Virus record (IMG/VR): IMGVR_UViG_3300020045_007296
Coordinates: 1-29,537 of that record
DNA length: 29,537 nucleotides
From: a virus
Lineage: Duplodnaviria; Caudoviricetes
Direction: 5' to 3' (one strand)
Shown in pieces: positions 6,983 through 15,798 of the stretch; within the stretch, counting starts at the first letter, position 1; each line of letters begins with the position of its first letter. Position numbers and translations under genes: made by a program. The notes under the pieces were generated by a model. It was not told the origin of the DNA, searched no databases, and saw nothing but the letters and a program-made list of their open reading frames with translations.

Positions 6983-9562
6983 TTAATTTATTACTGTCCA
7001 TTTGTTATTTAATCTAATTATCTGAGTAGAAACATTTGATAAGATTGTTGTAACGGTCGTTGTTTGATCGGCCAGGTAAACCGTTTCCCCGGAGAATGTC
7101 CACGCAAACCCTGTTTCGTTGTTAACGATTGTGATATAATTCCCGTTGGATGCCGTTGGCATTATAAAGTTTCTGCCTGTACTTAGTGTGGCCGCTGGCA
7201 AATAATTAACTGAGTTTGCAACTGCTGTCAAGTTTGCATTTGTGCCGGTTACATACGTTACCTTCTGATATAAATTACCCGATACATCCGTTAAGTCTCC
7301 ATTATTGGTTACGATCAATCGCTTGCTGCCATTTGTCCATATACTTGCCTCAGTACTACTTAGCTGAAAGGATTGTAGGTTTGTTGAAGGATCGGCAAAG
7401 TTTGATGCATATACATTGCCACTAAGCACGCCCAGGCCTCCCTGTATATTAATATTGCTTGCGGCACCTACTGAATTTAAAGACGAAATTGTTAAGCCAT
7501 CTGCACCGCCAAATTTTAATGTACCTTGGCCTGGGGTTTTTACTTCAAGTGCGTCTGTGGATGGGGTTACGTTTATGCCTACTTTATTTGCCGCATATTG
7601 AATTATACCATTACCAGTTGCGGTACCAACAAAAGCAGTTGTTGCAAGCTGAGTGCTATTGTCGCCCGCTATAGCTGTTGGCCCATAAACTTCCTCTTTA
7701 AAAATTGCATTGAATGCATTTGGGCTTGTAGAAATTAATCCTTTTGGTTTTAATTTGAAAGGCTGGTAATTGCCAATTGTATTGGCAACTATGCCTGTAA
7801 ATTTTGCAATACCAGTTGCATTCAGGTGTGTAGCATCTAAAAACACAGAAGCATCGATTCTTGGATCAAACTGTATGTCCTGGTCAACTACAAAATCATA
7901 TAATTCAGGATGATTTCTGATAGAATCATTGAGCGCTAACCTATAAGTTTCTTTTGGAGAGGTAAGTGTTGTAGAATGTATAATTGTAAAGGCGACAACC
8001 TTATACCCATCATTTCTGGACTGTCCCCATAAGTATTTTAAATTGGTAAAAACGCTGTCGGCTGTAATACCAGCCATAATATCATTGATACCAGCATAAA
8101 GGAAAAACCAGTAATCCTGCCCCTTTGCAGTAGGTTTTGCTGTGTGTGCCTCTGTGGCGTACTCTGTTTTCATTTGGGCGGTGGTTTCGCCCCCGACAGC
8201 GTAATTTTTTTGACTTGCCTTTGCAAAATAAGACAGCGAATCCGGTAGCAAATAAGGCCAATCATCCCCATCATTTGAATAGCTGTCACCCTCAACGATA
8301 TACCTTCTGTATTGAAAACTATCAACACTAAGCGCACCAACTACCCTTACCTCTGTATTGCCAATGCTGCCTATTTTTATTTGATTTGGTTTGTCATTAT
8401 CCTGGTTATTGCCTATAACAATGCTGTTGCTTCTATCTACATCTTTTGAAAGCGTAAATGAACCACTTCCGGCACCCGCTATTGTTGAAAGCGTTAAAGT
8501 GTTTGCAGATGCAATCGTAAACTGGTATATGGTTGCTGTTGTAAGCCCGGACAATGTTGTTCCTGAAATAACATCGTATTTTAAATTTACTTTTTGGCCT
8601 ATAGTTCCAAATCCGTGCGAAGTGATTGTAATTGTAGTACCGCTAACATCTGCCGATACAAATGATTTGACTGATCCAATTGTAAAAATATTACCGGCAT
8701 TGTTACCATAAGCTGAGCGATCTGTCCAGTTGTTGTTTTGCAAAACCAGGTAACCCAATCCGGATGAGTAAGGGCCAACATTGTTTTGAAGCACATAAGA
8801 TCCAAAACCATGACAGTTAATTCCGGTATTGTTTTGAAGTGCGTAATTGCCAAATCCGTTTGCAAAATTACCGGTGTTATTAAGCATTGTAAGGTAACCA
8901 AACCCATTTGAGTGCGACGCTGTATTATTAGCCAATACGCCATAACCGAGACCGGATGAAAAAGCCCCACTATTGTTTTGAAGTGCATAAGAGCCATACC
9001 CGTTTGCATAGGTAGCGGTATTGTTTTCTAAAGCGGATATTCCAAACCCGTTTGCATCACGGCCAGAGTTATTCCGTAAAGCATTTTCCCCGGCACCAAA
9101 ATTTGTTGCTGCTGAAAATGCACTTCCTGTCCAGTAGAACGGCTGGTCAGTTATCATATTCCTGCCTGCGATCTTTACAAACTTGCTTTGATTTTTTGCG
9201 GTGGTGGTTATCAGGTCAGGTGTAAAACTTGCCGCTGTTTGTAAGCTATCCCTTGTTTTTGTAAGCCCCCCTCTGCTTGCAAAACCGGTTGCATCAATTG
9301 AATCCGCTATGCCTAATTTAAGTGCCAATGCTGATAATCTTGCACGGTCATTTATTTCAGTTTGATAATTAGCTAACATAGTTGCTGTGTCTGACTTATT
9401 TAATTTACCTGAAATACTCGCTGTATTTGCGTTGATATCTGCCCGTAATGCTGTTGTGTCAACAGTAGTGCCGCCCCCGGCAAGTTTTACCAGCTTTACA
9501 ACCGGCTGAGCAGTTGCAGTTAATGAAAGAAAGATTGTAAGTATTGTTATGAGTTGTTTCAT
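6983..9562 (-). CDS. Tail-fibre-like protein with signal peptide, beta-solenoid repeats and SGNH/GDSL hydrolase domain
   Basis: Signal peptide ...LSLTATA|Q, 13-aa repeats (NGFGxxALxNNTG), SGNH blocks VEGDSY / AVGGET / AGIND / DATH, phage fibre motif PTAIAGDNSTQLATTAFV. Confidence 0.8.
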   Translation of the reverse strand: MKQLITILTIFLSLTATAQPVVKLVKLAGGGTTVDTTALRADINANTASISGKLNKSDTATMLANYQTEINDRARLSALALKLGIADSIDATGFASRGGLTKTRDSLQTAASFTPDLITTTAKNQSKFVKIAGRNMITDQPFYWTGSAFSAATNFGAGENALRNNSGRDANGFGISALENNTATYANGYGSYALQNNSGAFSSGLGYGVLANNTASHSNGFGYLTMLNNTGNFANGFGNYALQNNTGINCHGFGSYVLQNNVGPYSSGLGYLVLQNNNWTDRSAYGNNAGNIFTIGSVKSFVSADVSGTTITITSHGFGTIGQKVNLKYDVISGTTLSGLTTATIYQFTIASANTLTLSTIAGAGSGSFTLSKDVDRSNSIVIGNNQDNDKPNQIKIGSIGNTEVRVVGALSVDSFQYRRYIVEGDSYSNDGDDWPYLLPDSLSYFAKASQKNYAVGGETTAQMKTEYATEAHTAKPTAKGQDYWFFLYAGINDIMAGITADSVFTNLKYLWGQSRNDGYKVVAFTIIHSTTLTSPKETYRLALNDSIRNHPELYDFVVDQDIQFDPRIDASVFLDATHLNATGIAKFTGIVANTIGNYQPFKLKPKGLISTSPNAFNAIFKEEVYGPTAIAGDNSTQLATTAFVGTATGNGIIQYAANKVGINVTPSTDALEVKTPGQGTLKFGGADGLTISSLNSVGAASNINIQGGLGVLSGNVYASNFADPSTNLQSFQLSSTEASIWTNGSKRLIVTNNGDLTDVSGNLYQKVTYVTGTNANLTAVANSVNYLPAATLSTGRNFIMPTASNGNYITIVNNETGFAWTFSGETVYLADQTTTVTTILSNVSTQIIRLNNKWTVIN
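8690..9105 (-). repeat. Degenerate coding tandem repeat (~39-nt unit, 13 aa) in the fibre gene
   Basis: About 10 units of (N/S)G(F/Y/L)GxxxLxNNxx in the translation; boundaries approximate. Confidence 0.7.
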
Positions 9563-9564
9563 GC

Positions 9565-11376
9565 TTAGTTGATTGATCTTGAAAGTTCATAGAAATTAGT
9601 TCCGTCAAACTTTAGCGTTAAGGTTGTGCCGGTTGTTGTTGTAAGGTTACCAGCCAGTATTAAATTGCTGCCATCGGTTACAGTTAACGCCCCGTCAAAA
9701 ATTAAAGTAATTGTTGCCCCGGCAGTTAACACGCTCCCTGAAATGCTTGTAATGCCTGTTGTGCCTGTTACATGAAAGCTGTTGCCCGTTGCGGTTATGG
9801 TGGATGCACTGGCTACGTTTGTACCGTGATAAAGAGATGTTACGCCGTCTGATGTGGTTCGTATTTTAACTACTCCGTCACCTGAAGCTATTGCTATGTT
9901 ATTTGAAACATTTCCGATACTTATATTTGAGCCTAAAATGGTATTGCCTGAACCGCTTGTTATGCCATTACCAGAGGCAATGCCAATAACTGTATTGTAT
10001 GTTGTTGCTGAAGATGTTATATTAACTAATGATGAATCACCAATAGCAATGTTATAAGATGAATTTACAGCTTGCCATAATGCTTTTGAACCAATTGCAA
10101 CATTATTATGGCCAATGGTATTAAAGCTAAGCGATGCTGCCCCAAAGGAGTTATTATTATAACCTGTTGTATTCGATTTTAATGACTGAAATCCTGATGA
10201 AGTATTATAATACCCAGATAAATTATTATATAATGCTTCCTTCCCTAAGGCAGCATTTTCTTTCCCAATCGTATTTCTAAATAAAGAGAAAGCGCCAAAT
10301 GCCGAATTTCCTTCGCCTGTTGTATTGTATCTTAATGATGAAGTTCCAGCTCCTACATTTGCACTTCCTGTAGTATTAGAATACATACTTTCTCCGCCAA
10401 GTGCTACATTGCTTGCGCCAGTTGTGTTTGAATTAAGCGATATATACCCAAGTGCCATGTTATAGACCCCAGTCATAGTAGAGTTTCCGGAATTACCAAA
10501 AAAGTAATTAAAAGAAGATGGGTTAGCAGTAATTACATTTACTCCGTTGTATTTATAAGCTGAATCCTGTGATACATTTATATTCCCAACCACGTCAATT
10601 TTTTCAGTAGGTAATGATTTATTGAATCCTACATTATTTGCATAGTTTAATCCTCCGGTAACATTTACCCATTGCGAAAATTTATTAACACTACCCGGCC
10701 CAATTGAATCTGTATTTAATGCGGGGAAATTGCCGTATCCATTAAGATACTTTGCTGTCGTATTTGGGTATGTAATGCCTGATCCGCCACTACCGCCACC
10801 GCCAATAAGCGAAACCCGCCAAATGGTTTTAAGGCTTATATAGTCTACATAAGAATTATCAACTGCTGTATCTATGCGATAGATGGCGTTGGAATCTACG
10901 CCACCGGTAGAATTAATTACCGTGGTGTCTCCATCATAAGAAAAAACTGTATTATCCCCGGCCTTTAAATAAGCAAGTGCAACTGGAAAAGAATCAACCC
11001 CAATACCTCCGGCATAATTAATATATCTTGTTGAATCGAAGTTGTAGCGGGTTGAATCGTATCCTGAGCCTCCGCCAGACGGGGCAACCCAATTATACCC
11101 GTTCCATGTATATATTTTACCTGAACTATAAGCTATAGCACCTGAATCTTTTACTGCTAATTGCGGCTTTGTTAATGGTATTGTAAAAGCATTTTTTACG
11201 CCAAATACACCATATTCTATGCGTCCTGATAGTGAAGTTTTAGTCCTTGTAGAATCATAAGGAGTTTGCGCACCTGCGCCAAGTGAAAGAAAGAAAAGAG
11301 CCGTTAAGATTGCGAGTGACAAATTTCTATTTTGTAAACTCTTAATCGAAAACAGCCCGTGAAAGGCTTTTTTCAT
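9565..11376 (-). CDS. Tail-fibre/adhesin-like protein with signal peptide and 14-aa NxAxG repeats
   Basis: Signal peptide ...LTALFFLSLGAGA|Q, repeats such as NVALGGESMYSNTTG / NSAFGAFSLFRNTIG / NVAIGSKAL, Gly linkers, fibre-like NVGFNKSLPTEKIDVVGNI. Confidence 0.75.
   Translation of the reverse strand: MKKAFHGLFSIKSLQNRNLSLAILTALFFLSLGAGAQTPYDSTRTKTSLSGRIEYGVFGVKNAFTIPLTKPQLAVKDSGAIAYSSGKIYTWNGYNWVAPSGGGSGYDSTRYNFDSTRYINYAGGIGVDSFPVALAYLKAGDNTVFSYDGDTTVINSTGGVDSNAIYRIDTAVDNSYVDYISLKTIWRVSLIGGGGSGGSGITYPNTTAKYLNGYGNFPALNTDSIGPGSVNKFSQWVNVTGGLNYANNVGFNKSLPTEKIDVVGNINVSQDSAYKYNGVNVITANPSSFNYFFGNSGNSTMTGVYNMALGYISLNSNTTGASNVALGGESMYSNTTGSANVGAGTSSLRYNTTGEGNSAFGAFSLFRNTIGKENAALGKEALYNNLSGYYNTSSGFQSLKSNTTGYNNNSFGAASLSFNTIGHNNVAIGSKALWQAVNSSYNIAIGDSSLVNITSSATTYNTVIGIASGNGITSGSGNTILGSNISIGNVSNNIAIASGDGVVKIRTTSDGVTSLYHGTNVASASTITATGNSFHVTGTTGITSISGSVLTAGATITLIFDGALTVTDGSNLILAGNLTTTTGTTLTLKFDGTNFYELSRSIN
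9930..10500 (-). repeat. Degenerate coding tandem repeat (~42-nt unit, 14 aa) in the fibre gene
   Basis: About 12 units of NxxxGxxxLxxNTxG in the translation; boundaries approximate. Confidence 0.7.
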
Positions 11377-11380
11377 GAAT

Positions 11381-11411
11381 CAAATTTATTTAATTATTTT
11401 AAAGGCACAAT
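11381..11411 (-). promoter_or_regulatory. Possible Bacteroidota sigma70-type promoter in front of the secreted-protein block
   Basis: Minus strand ATTG-N19-TAAATTTG against consensus TTTG-N19-21-TAnnTTTG, in the only notable gap of the tail region. The DNA is AT-rich, so a chance match is possible. Confidence 0.45.
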
Positions 11412-11422
11412 ATTTATTTTAA

Positions 11423-12574
11423 TTATACTTTTATTAGTACATAATCTAAAGTAATATCTTGTACACCTGTCGAAAATTCCTGCCCTGCGAACTTAAACGA
11501 GTTGGGTTGGTAGTCGTAAAGCGACCACCCGCAGTTATTATCATTGTATTTACTCGCATTTGTTCCCTTAAAGGTTGCTAATACTATATATGCATAAGCA
11601 AGACCAAATCCATGCGTAATTGTTACAAAGGTATCTGCACCCGCTGCGCTTATATCCCCGATATGAAAAGAGCCATTGCCAACGATATCCCCGGCAACCG
11701 GTGCGGAAATGCCTGCTTTAATTCCATTTATTGTTAAATTCCAGTGAACGCCATCCCAGGTCAAGCAAACAGTTGACCCAAAAGGAATATCTAATTCACT
11801 TTTTGGAGTTGCCCCGTAAAGTAAAGTCCCATTAAGGAATTTAATTTTTGGTGCAGTAGCCTCATTGCCAAGCTGCGTAAAATGATGGTTGTAGCCAATT
11901 GGAACAGGGGTTGCAAGCGGAAAGGTATAATGTCCGGTTCCTGATAATCTGATTAACTTTCTAAGGTGGCCGGGAATGTAATCTATGTCGGCTACAACGT
12001 CAATAAACCCGCCAAAACCTTTGCCCACTACAGAATCATTCACATAAGTAGTAATAACAGACGGCTTTTTAAATATTCTCCATCGTTGATTCGCCTCGAA
12101 TACTTGTCCTGAAATGAATAATGAAGTGTAAGAAACTGAGTAATCAACATTAGGGTGCAAAAATCCCTGTCCCTCAACAAAAACTGAAAGATCAAAAGCA
12201 GTTGAACCAATAAAAGCCGGGTTAGTAATTGTATTCGTTCCTTCCAACGGTGTTAAACTTTCGCCATCGCCTATTTTAAAATAAATCGGATCAAATACGG
12301 TAACCACATCAATAGTAGGCTGTACATCATACCAATGCAAAAGGCTTCCGGATGCTGTGAATAACCTCACAACATGAACCACCATATCGCAACCGGTAAA
12401 AGATATACTGTTTGGGACCTGATGGCCTGCTCCTACCGTTGGCGTTCCTGACCCATCTTTTTCTAATATGGTAAAGCTCTGAACCTCGGCATTTGGTGAA
12501 CTTGCTTCGTAAATTTTGGCCACCATGTTTTCATGGAGCGAAGGGTAAGGGCTTATGTGATAATTAATAACCAT
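11423..12574 (-). CDS. Minor tail / baseplate-associated protein
   Basis: 383 aa, beta-rich, no signal peptide, C-terminal fibre-like module (VTITHGFGLAYAYIVLAT); third gene after the tape measure. Confidence 0.65.
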   Translation of the reverse strand: MVINYHISPYPSLHENMVAKIYEASSPNAEVQSFTILEKDGSGTPTVGAGHQVPNSISFTGCDMVVHVVRLFTASGSLLHWYDVQPTIDVVTVFDPIYFKIGDGESLTPLEGTNTITNPAFIGSTAFDLSVFVEGQGFLHPNVDYSVSYTSLFISGQVFEANQRWRIFKKPSVITTYVNDSVVGKGFGGFIDVVADIDYIPGHLRKLIRLSGTGHYTFPLATPVPIGYNHHFTQLGNEATAPKIKFLNGTLLYGATPKSELDIPFGSTVCLTWDGVHWNLTINGIKAGISAPVAGDIVGNGSFHIGDISAAGADTFVTITHGFGLAYAYIVLATFKGTNASKYNDNNCGWSLYDYQPNSFKFAGQEFSTGVQDITLDYVLIKV

Positions 12575-13522
12575 TTAAATAAGTGTTTTATCTGTGATAT
12601 GTACGATTTCGACTGGCTCCAAACTGAATAAATCTGTACCGATATTATAAGCGGTAACAATTCCAGGTGTTAACGGATTACCATCGTCGTTAAACTGAAT
12701 ACCGCTTTGATTAACTGCAGGCTGAACAGTTGTTGCCCATCCAAATTGCGGGAATCCTTTAACCCGGGTTGCTTCCCATTTTTCGCCAACCGGTTTTACA
12801 TAGGCTAAACCCGGATCGTTTAGGTCACGCCTGATGTTTACATAGTCACATGAAAAAATATGATTCAGGATTTTTACTATGTAATTTGGTACGCCGGGAG
12901 CTTCTCCAACAAATAATTTAAATGTATCGTAAGGTGTAGCACTTAAAATAGTGGTGTTAAAAATTTGGTCAACGTAGTCCTTACCTTCCATTTCAGGCTG
13001 ATAGTCAAGTAATGCGGACTCACAACGAAAATTAAACGTTACGCCCGTATTAAAATAAACGCCCAATATGTTTTTTGAATTCCGATAAGAAAATAGCATT
13101 GTGTTCTTGTGAAAAGCGGATACATGGATTTTTTCACTTACAAATTTTGCTGAGTAGCTTAATAGATTTGCTTCAAAATACAGGTGGTAAAATCCGGCTG
13201 TTATTGCGTCGAAATTTATATTGCACTCAAATAAATTTACTCCCAATGTTCCGCTGGTTCCTACTAATGTCCATGGGAAAGTTGCACCGATTACTTCTTT
13301 TCCTGCGCTGGTATAAATCTTTATTGGAGAAGGTGCCACAGTTGAAACTACCTGCAATGGTGTAGCGTCGCCGTATTGCCATTTTTGGGCATAACAAACT
13401 TTATACTGAAATACTTTTATCTGATTCACTGCAAAGTCATCATCTAAGTGAATTCCGGGTGTAGCGGTGTTCTTATACCACTTAATCGGGTTCATGAAAG
13501 CTATATCTGTAAAGTTTGCCAT
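12575..13522 (-). CDS. Minor tail protein
   Basis: 315 aa, second gene after the tape measure, TAATG-coupled. Confidence 0.65.
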   Translation of the reverse strand: MANFTDIAFMNPIKWYKNTATPGIHLDDDFAVNQIKVFQYKVCYAQKWQYGDATPLQVVSTVAPSPIKIYTSAGKEVIGATFPWTLVGTSGTLGVNLFECNINFDAITAGFYHLYFEANLLSYSAKFVSEKIHVSAFHKNTMLFSYRNSKNILGVYFNTGVTFNFRCESALLDYQPEMEGKDYVDQIFNTTILSATPYDTFKLFVGEAPGVPNYIVKILNHIFSCDYVNIRRDLNDPGLAYVKPVGEKWEATRVKGFPQFGWATTVQPAVNQSGIQFNDDGNPLTPGIVTAYNIGTDLFSLEPVEIVHITDKTLI

Positions 13523-15798
13523 TATATTAATTTGGTTAAATCGTTATCGGGTGCCAGTAATACCTTCCACCCCTGGCTGTCATCTGTTGCAGGGGCAAAT
13601 CCGCCATCCCATAGGTAAGCCGTTATTCTTAACCCCAGCCAGTAAAAAGCGATCTTGCTGTATGGGTTCGTTCTCATTATTGCAGGCAAGTCGATATCGA
13701 CTTTCGTTTTAAAAGATGCGTAGTAAGGAAGAAATAATTTTGCCGGCAAATTAAAAATTGGAATATCAGAATTTTCGGTTGTTGTTACTCCTCCCAGCGT
13801 CCGGGATAGTACACTATTCTTTTCGCCTGTCTGAAAAACTATTTTACCAATCCCTTTTGTATCTAAAACTGAATTGATATAAGCCCCGTTACCATCAAAA
13901 AAATGTGTAGGTGATAATTCTACATTAAAAGCCTGGTCCGGGAAAATAAGCCCTGTTATGCTTGAATAAGCAGGCCTATTTAGCTTGTAGTACTCTGCAT
14001 TGTAAACCGTGATACTTGTATTGTAAGAACCTGGCGTAATAACTCCGGTTATTCCTACATAAGAATAACCAACAATCAGAAAAGATATTGATAAAACGGT
14101 ATGCGTAACGCCTGAAATTGTTATTACCTGTCCGATATTCAGCAAAGTTTCTGTTGTCGGTATCTTCAAGAAGTAATTACCGGTATTTAATTCAGCAGTA
14201 AACCCCCCATTGTAAACACTGTATAAGGCACCTTTTGAAACATTTGCCTGAAAAGTATCATTATCAGACGAGCTATCTGTCGTATCCTTTCCGAATAATT
14301 TCAACCGGGTTAACTCAATCCCAAACATATCTGCTCTGTAAGGGCATATAAGGTCCAATTCTTTAACTACACGGGTTATTGGTGTGCTATATTGTTGAGT
14401 TACATTAAATTCATCCTTTCCGTTTACATTGTCATAGGTTTGATTCTGATAGCCGACCTTGATAGTGTTAATTACCAAGTCTTCAGCTAAAAATATTTCA
14501 CACTCGCTTACTTCGCCCAATTCAAAAGCAATATCATTCCTGAAAAAATATTCATGCTTTTCTATTATCAATTGATCGTTCTCAATTCCCATCCCTACAC
14601 CCCATCGCTGGCAGGCTTTAAAGAAATCTGAAAGGCTTGTTTTAAAAACTGACGGAGCACCATATTTTCGGATGGCCTGGCCTGATGTTAATAGCTGTGT
14701 TTCATCGAGCGAATCTAAAAAAGATGATTTAAACCCATATTTTCCGCCGGTTAATTTTTCGGTTATCTTTTCGCCTAATCTTTTCCATGTGAGGCATTCG
14801 CAAAGAGTTGTGTCAAAAGTTACATCATATTCCAGTTTAATAGACCCTGATTCAATTGTGTACCAAGTTGACCCGGTGCTTAAAAAAGGCGTCTCTGCCC
14901 TTACGTAAAGTTTATCTCCGTCGGTCATTGGAACAGTTATCGTTATATTTTGATCAATTAACTGTCCAGCTAAATAGCTTCCACTTATTATATTGTAGTT
15001 TGTAGTTGTTCCTGATAGTGACCTTTTTTGCATCCTGACCGTAACAAAACAGTCCAACTTAACAGCAACACGAATATTTATAACGAATGTTTGAGGTATA
15101 GTTTTGCTTATTACATTTGAAATCCATTTTTCATTTGGGAATGTATCAATAAAGTCAAAAGGCGAATCCTGCACAGCTACACCCTGGCTTGTGCCTTCCT
15201 GTGAAATAATTCCTAATCCGACATACTGATTTGACCCCTGTATGTTTTGATCCTCAAATACATTCCATTCCACTTTATTCCTAAAAGGCAACCCGTCCAA
15301 TGCTAAAATCTTTTTTTCTGCATCGTTATGGATATCAATTTCGTAGGTAGTAGCTTCATTTGATTTTAGGAGCTTGGTTAATCCGCCTTCCACCAACTGA
15401 ATATCAACACCATCAAGCGTTTGCTTGAACTTGCTAAAATCAAACTCCCCGGTGTACCAATTATAATAACGGTCAGGAAAATTGTTTTGATCGAGTTTTT
15501 GAATGGCTAAATAATAAACCGCTTCAATTCCTTTTTTCCACATGGCATCCCTTAAAATCAATGCTCCGTCTTTCACAAAATTTAACGGTATAGAGAAATC
15601 ACGAAACACCCCTAACCATTTATTATTTCGGGCATACTTAACCAGCGTTTCGTTCCATCCGTCGGGCGAATGCTTGAGGCTGGCACTTGATCCGTCCGTC
15701 TTTGTAGCACCTTCACCCGCTTCGACATGCCCCGAAACATTTTCGAATAGCGGCTTTTTATCGCTGTTTAATATAAAATATTTAAGAATCGGGTTCAT
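13522..15798 (-). CDS. Tail tip / hub-like protein
   Basis: 758 aa, directly downstream of the tape measure with a 1-nt overlap. Position and size are typical of a tail hub. Confidence 0.7.
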   Translation of the reverse strand: MNPILKYFILNSDKKPLFENVSGHVEAGEGATKTDGSSASLKHSPDGWNETLVKYARNNKWLGVFRDFSIPLNFVKDGALILRDAMWKKGIEAVYYLAIQKLDQNNFPDRYYNWYTGEFDFSKFKQTLDGVDIQLVEGGLTKLLKSNEATTYEIDIHNDAEKKILALDGLPFRNKVEWNVFEDQNIQGSNQYVGLGIISQEGTSQGVAVQDSPFDFIDTFPNEKWISNVISKTIPQTFVINIRVAVKLDCFVTVRMQKRSLSGTTTNYNIISGSYLAGQLIDQNITITVPMTDGDKLYVRAETPFLSTGSTWYTIESGSIKLEYDVTFDTTLCECLTWKRLGEKITEKLTGGKYGFKSSFLDSLDETQLLTSGQAIRKYGAPSVFKTSLSDFFKACQRWGVGMGIENDQLIIEKHEYFFRNDIAFELGEVSECEIFLAEDLVINTIKVGYQNQTYDNVNGKDEFNVTQQYSTPITRVVKELDLICPYRADMFGIELTRLKLFGKDTTDSSSDNDTFQANVSKGALYSVYNGGFTAELNTGNYFLKIPTTETLLNIGQVITISGVTHTVLSISFLIVGYSYVGITGVITPGSYNTSITVYNAEYYKLNRPAYSSITGLIFPDQAFNVELSPTHFFDGNGAYINSVLDTKGIGKIVFQTGEKNSVLSRTLGGVTTTENSDIPIFNLPAKLFLPYYASFKTKVDIDLPAIMRTNPYSKIAFYWLGLRITAYLWDGGFAPATDDSQGWKVLLAPDNDLTKLI

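Noticed and set aside
6983-11376. Diversity-generating retroelement or invertible fibre cassette
   Set aside because: No reverse transcriptase, recombinase or near-identical template/variable repeat pair was seen; the repeats are degenerate coding solenoid units.
6983-11376. Trimeric autotransporter adhesins or T9SS cargo of the host chromosome
   Set aside because: No C-terminal YadA-type anchor or recognisable T9SS CTD; the genes are coupled within the phage operon and carry phage fibre motifs. Judged by eye only.
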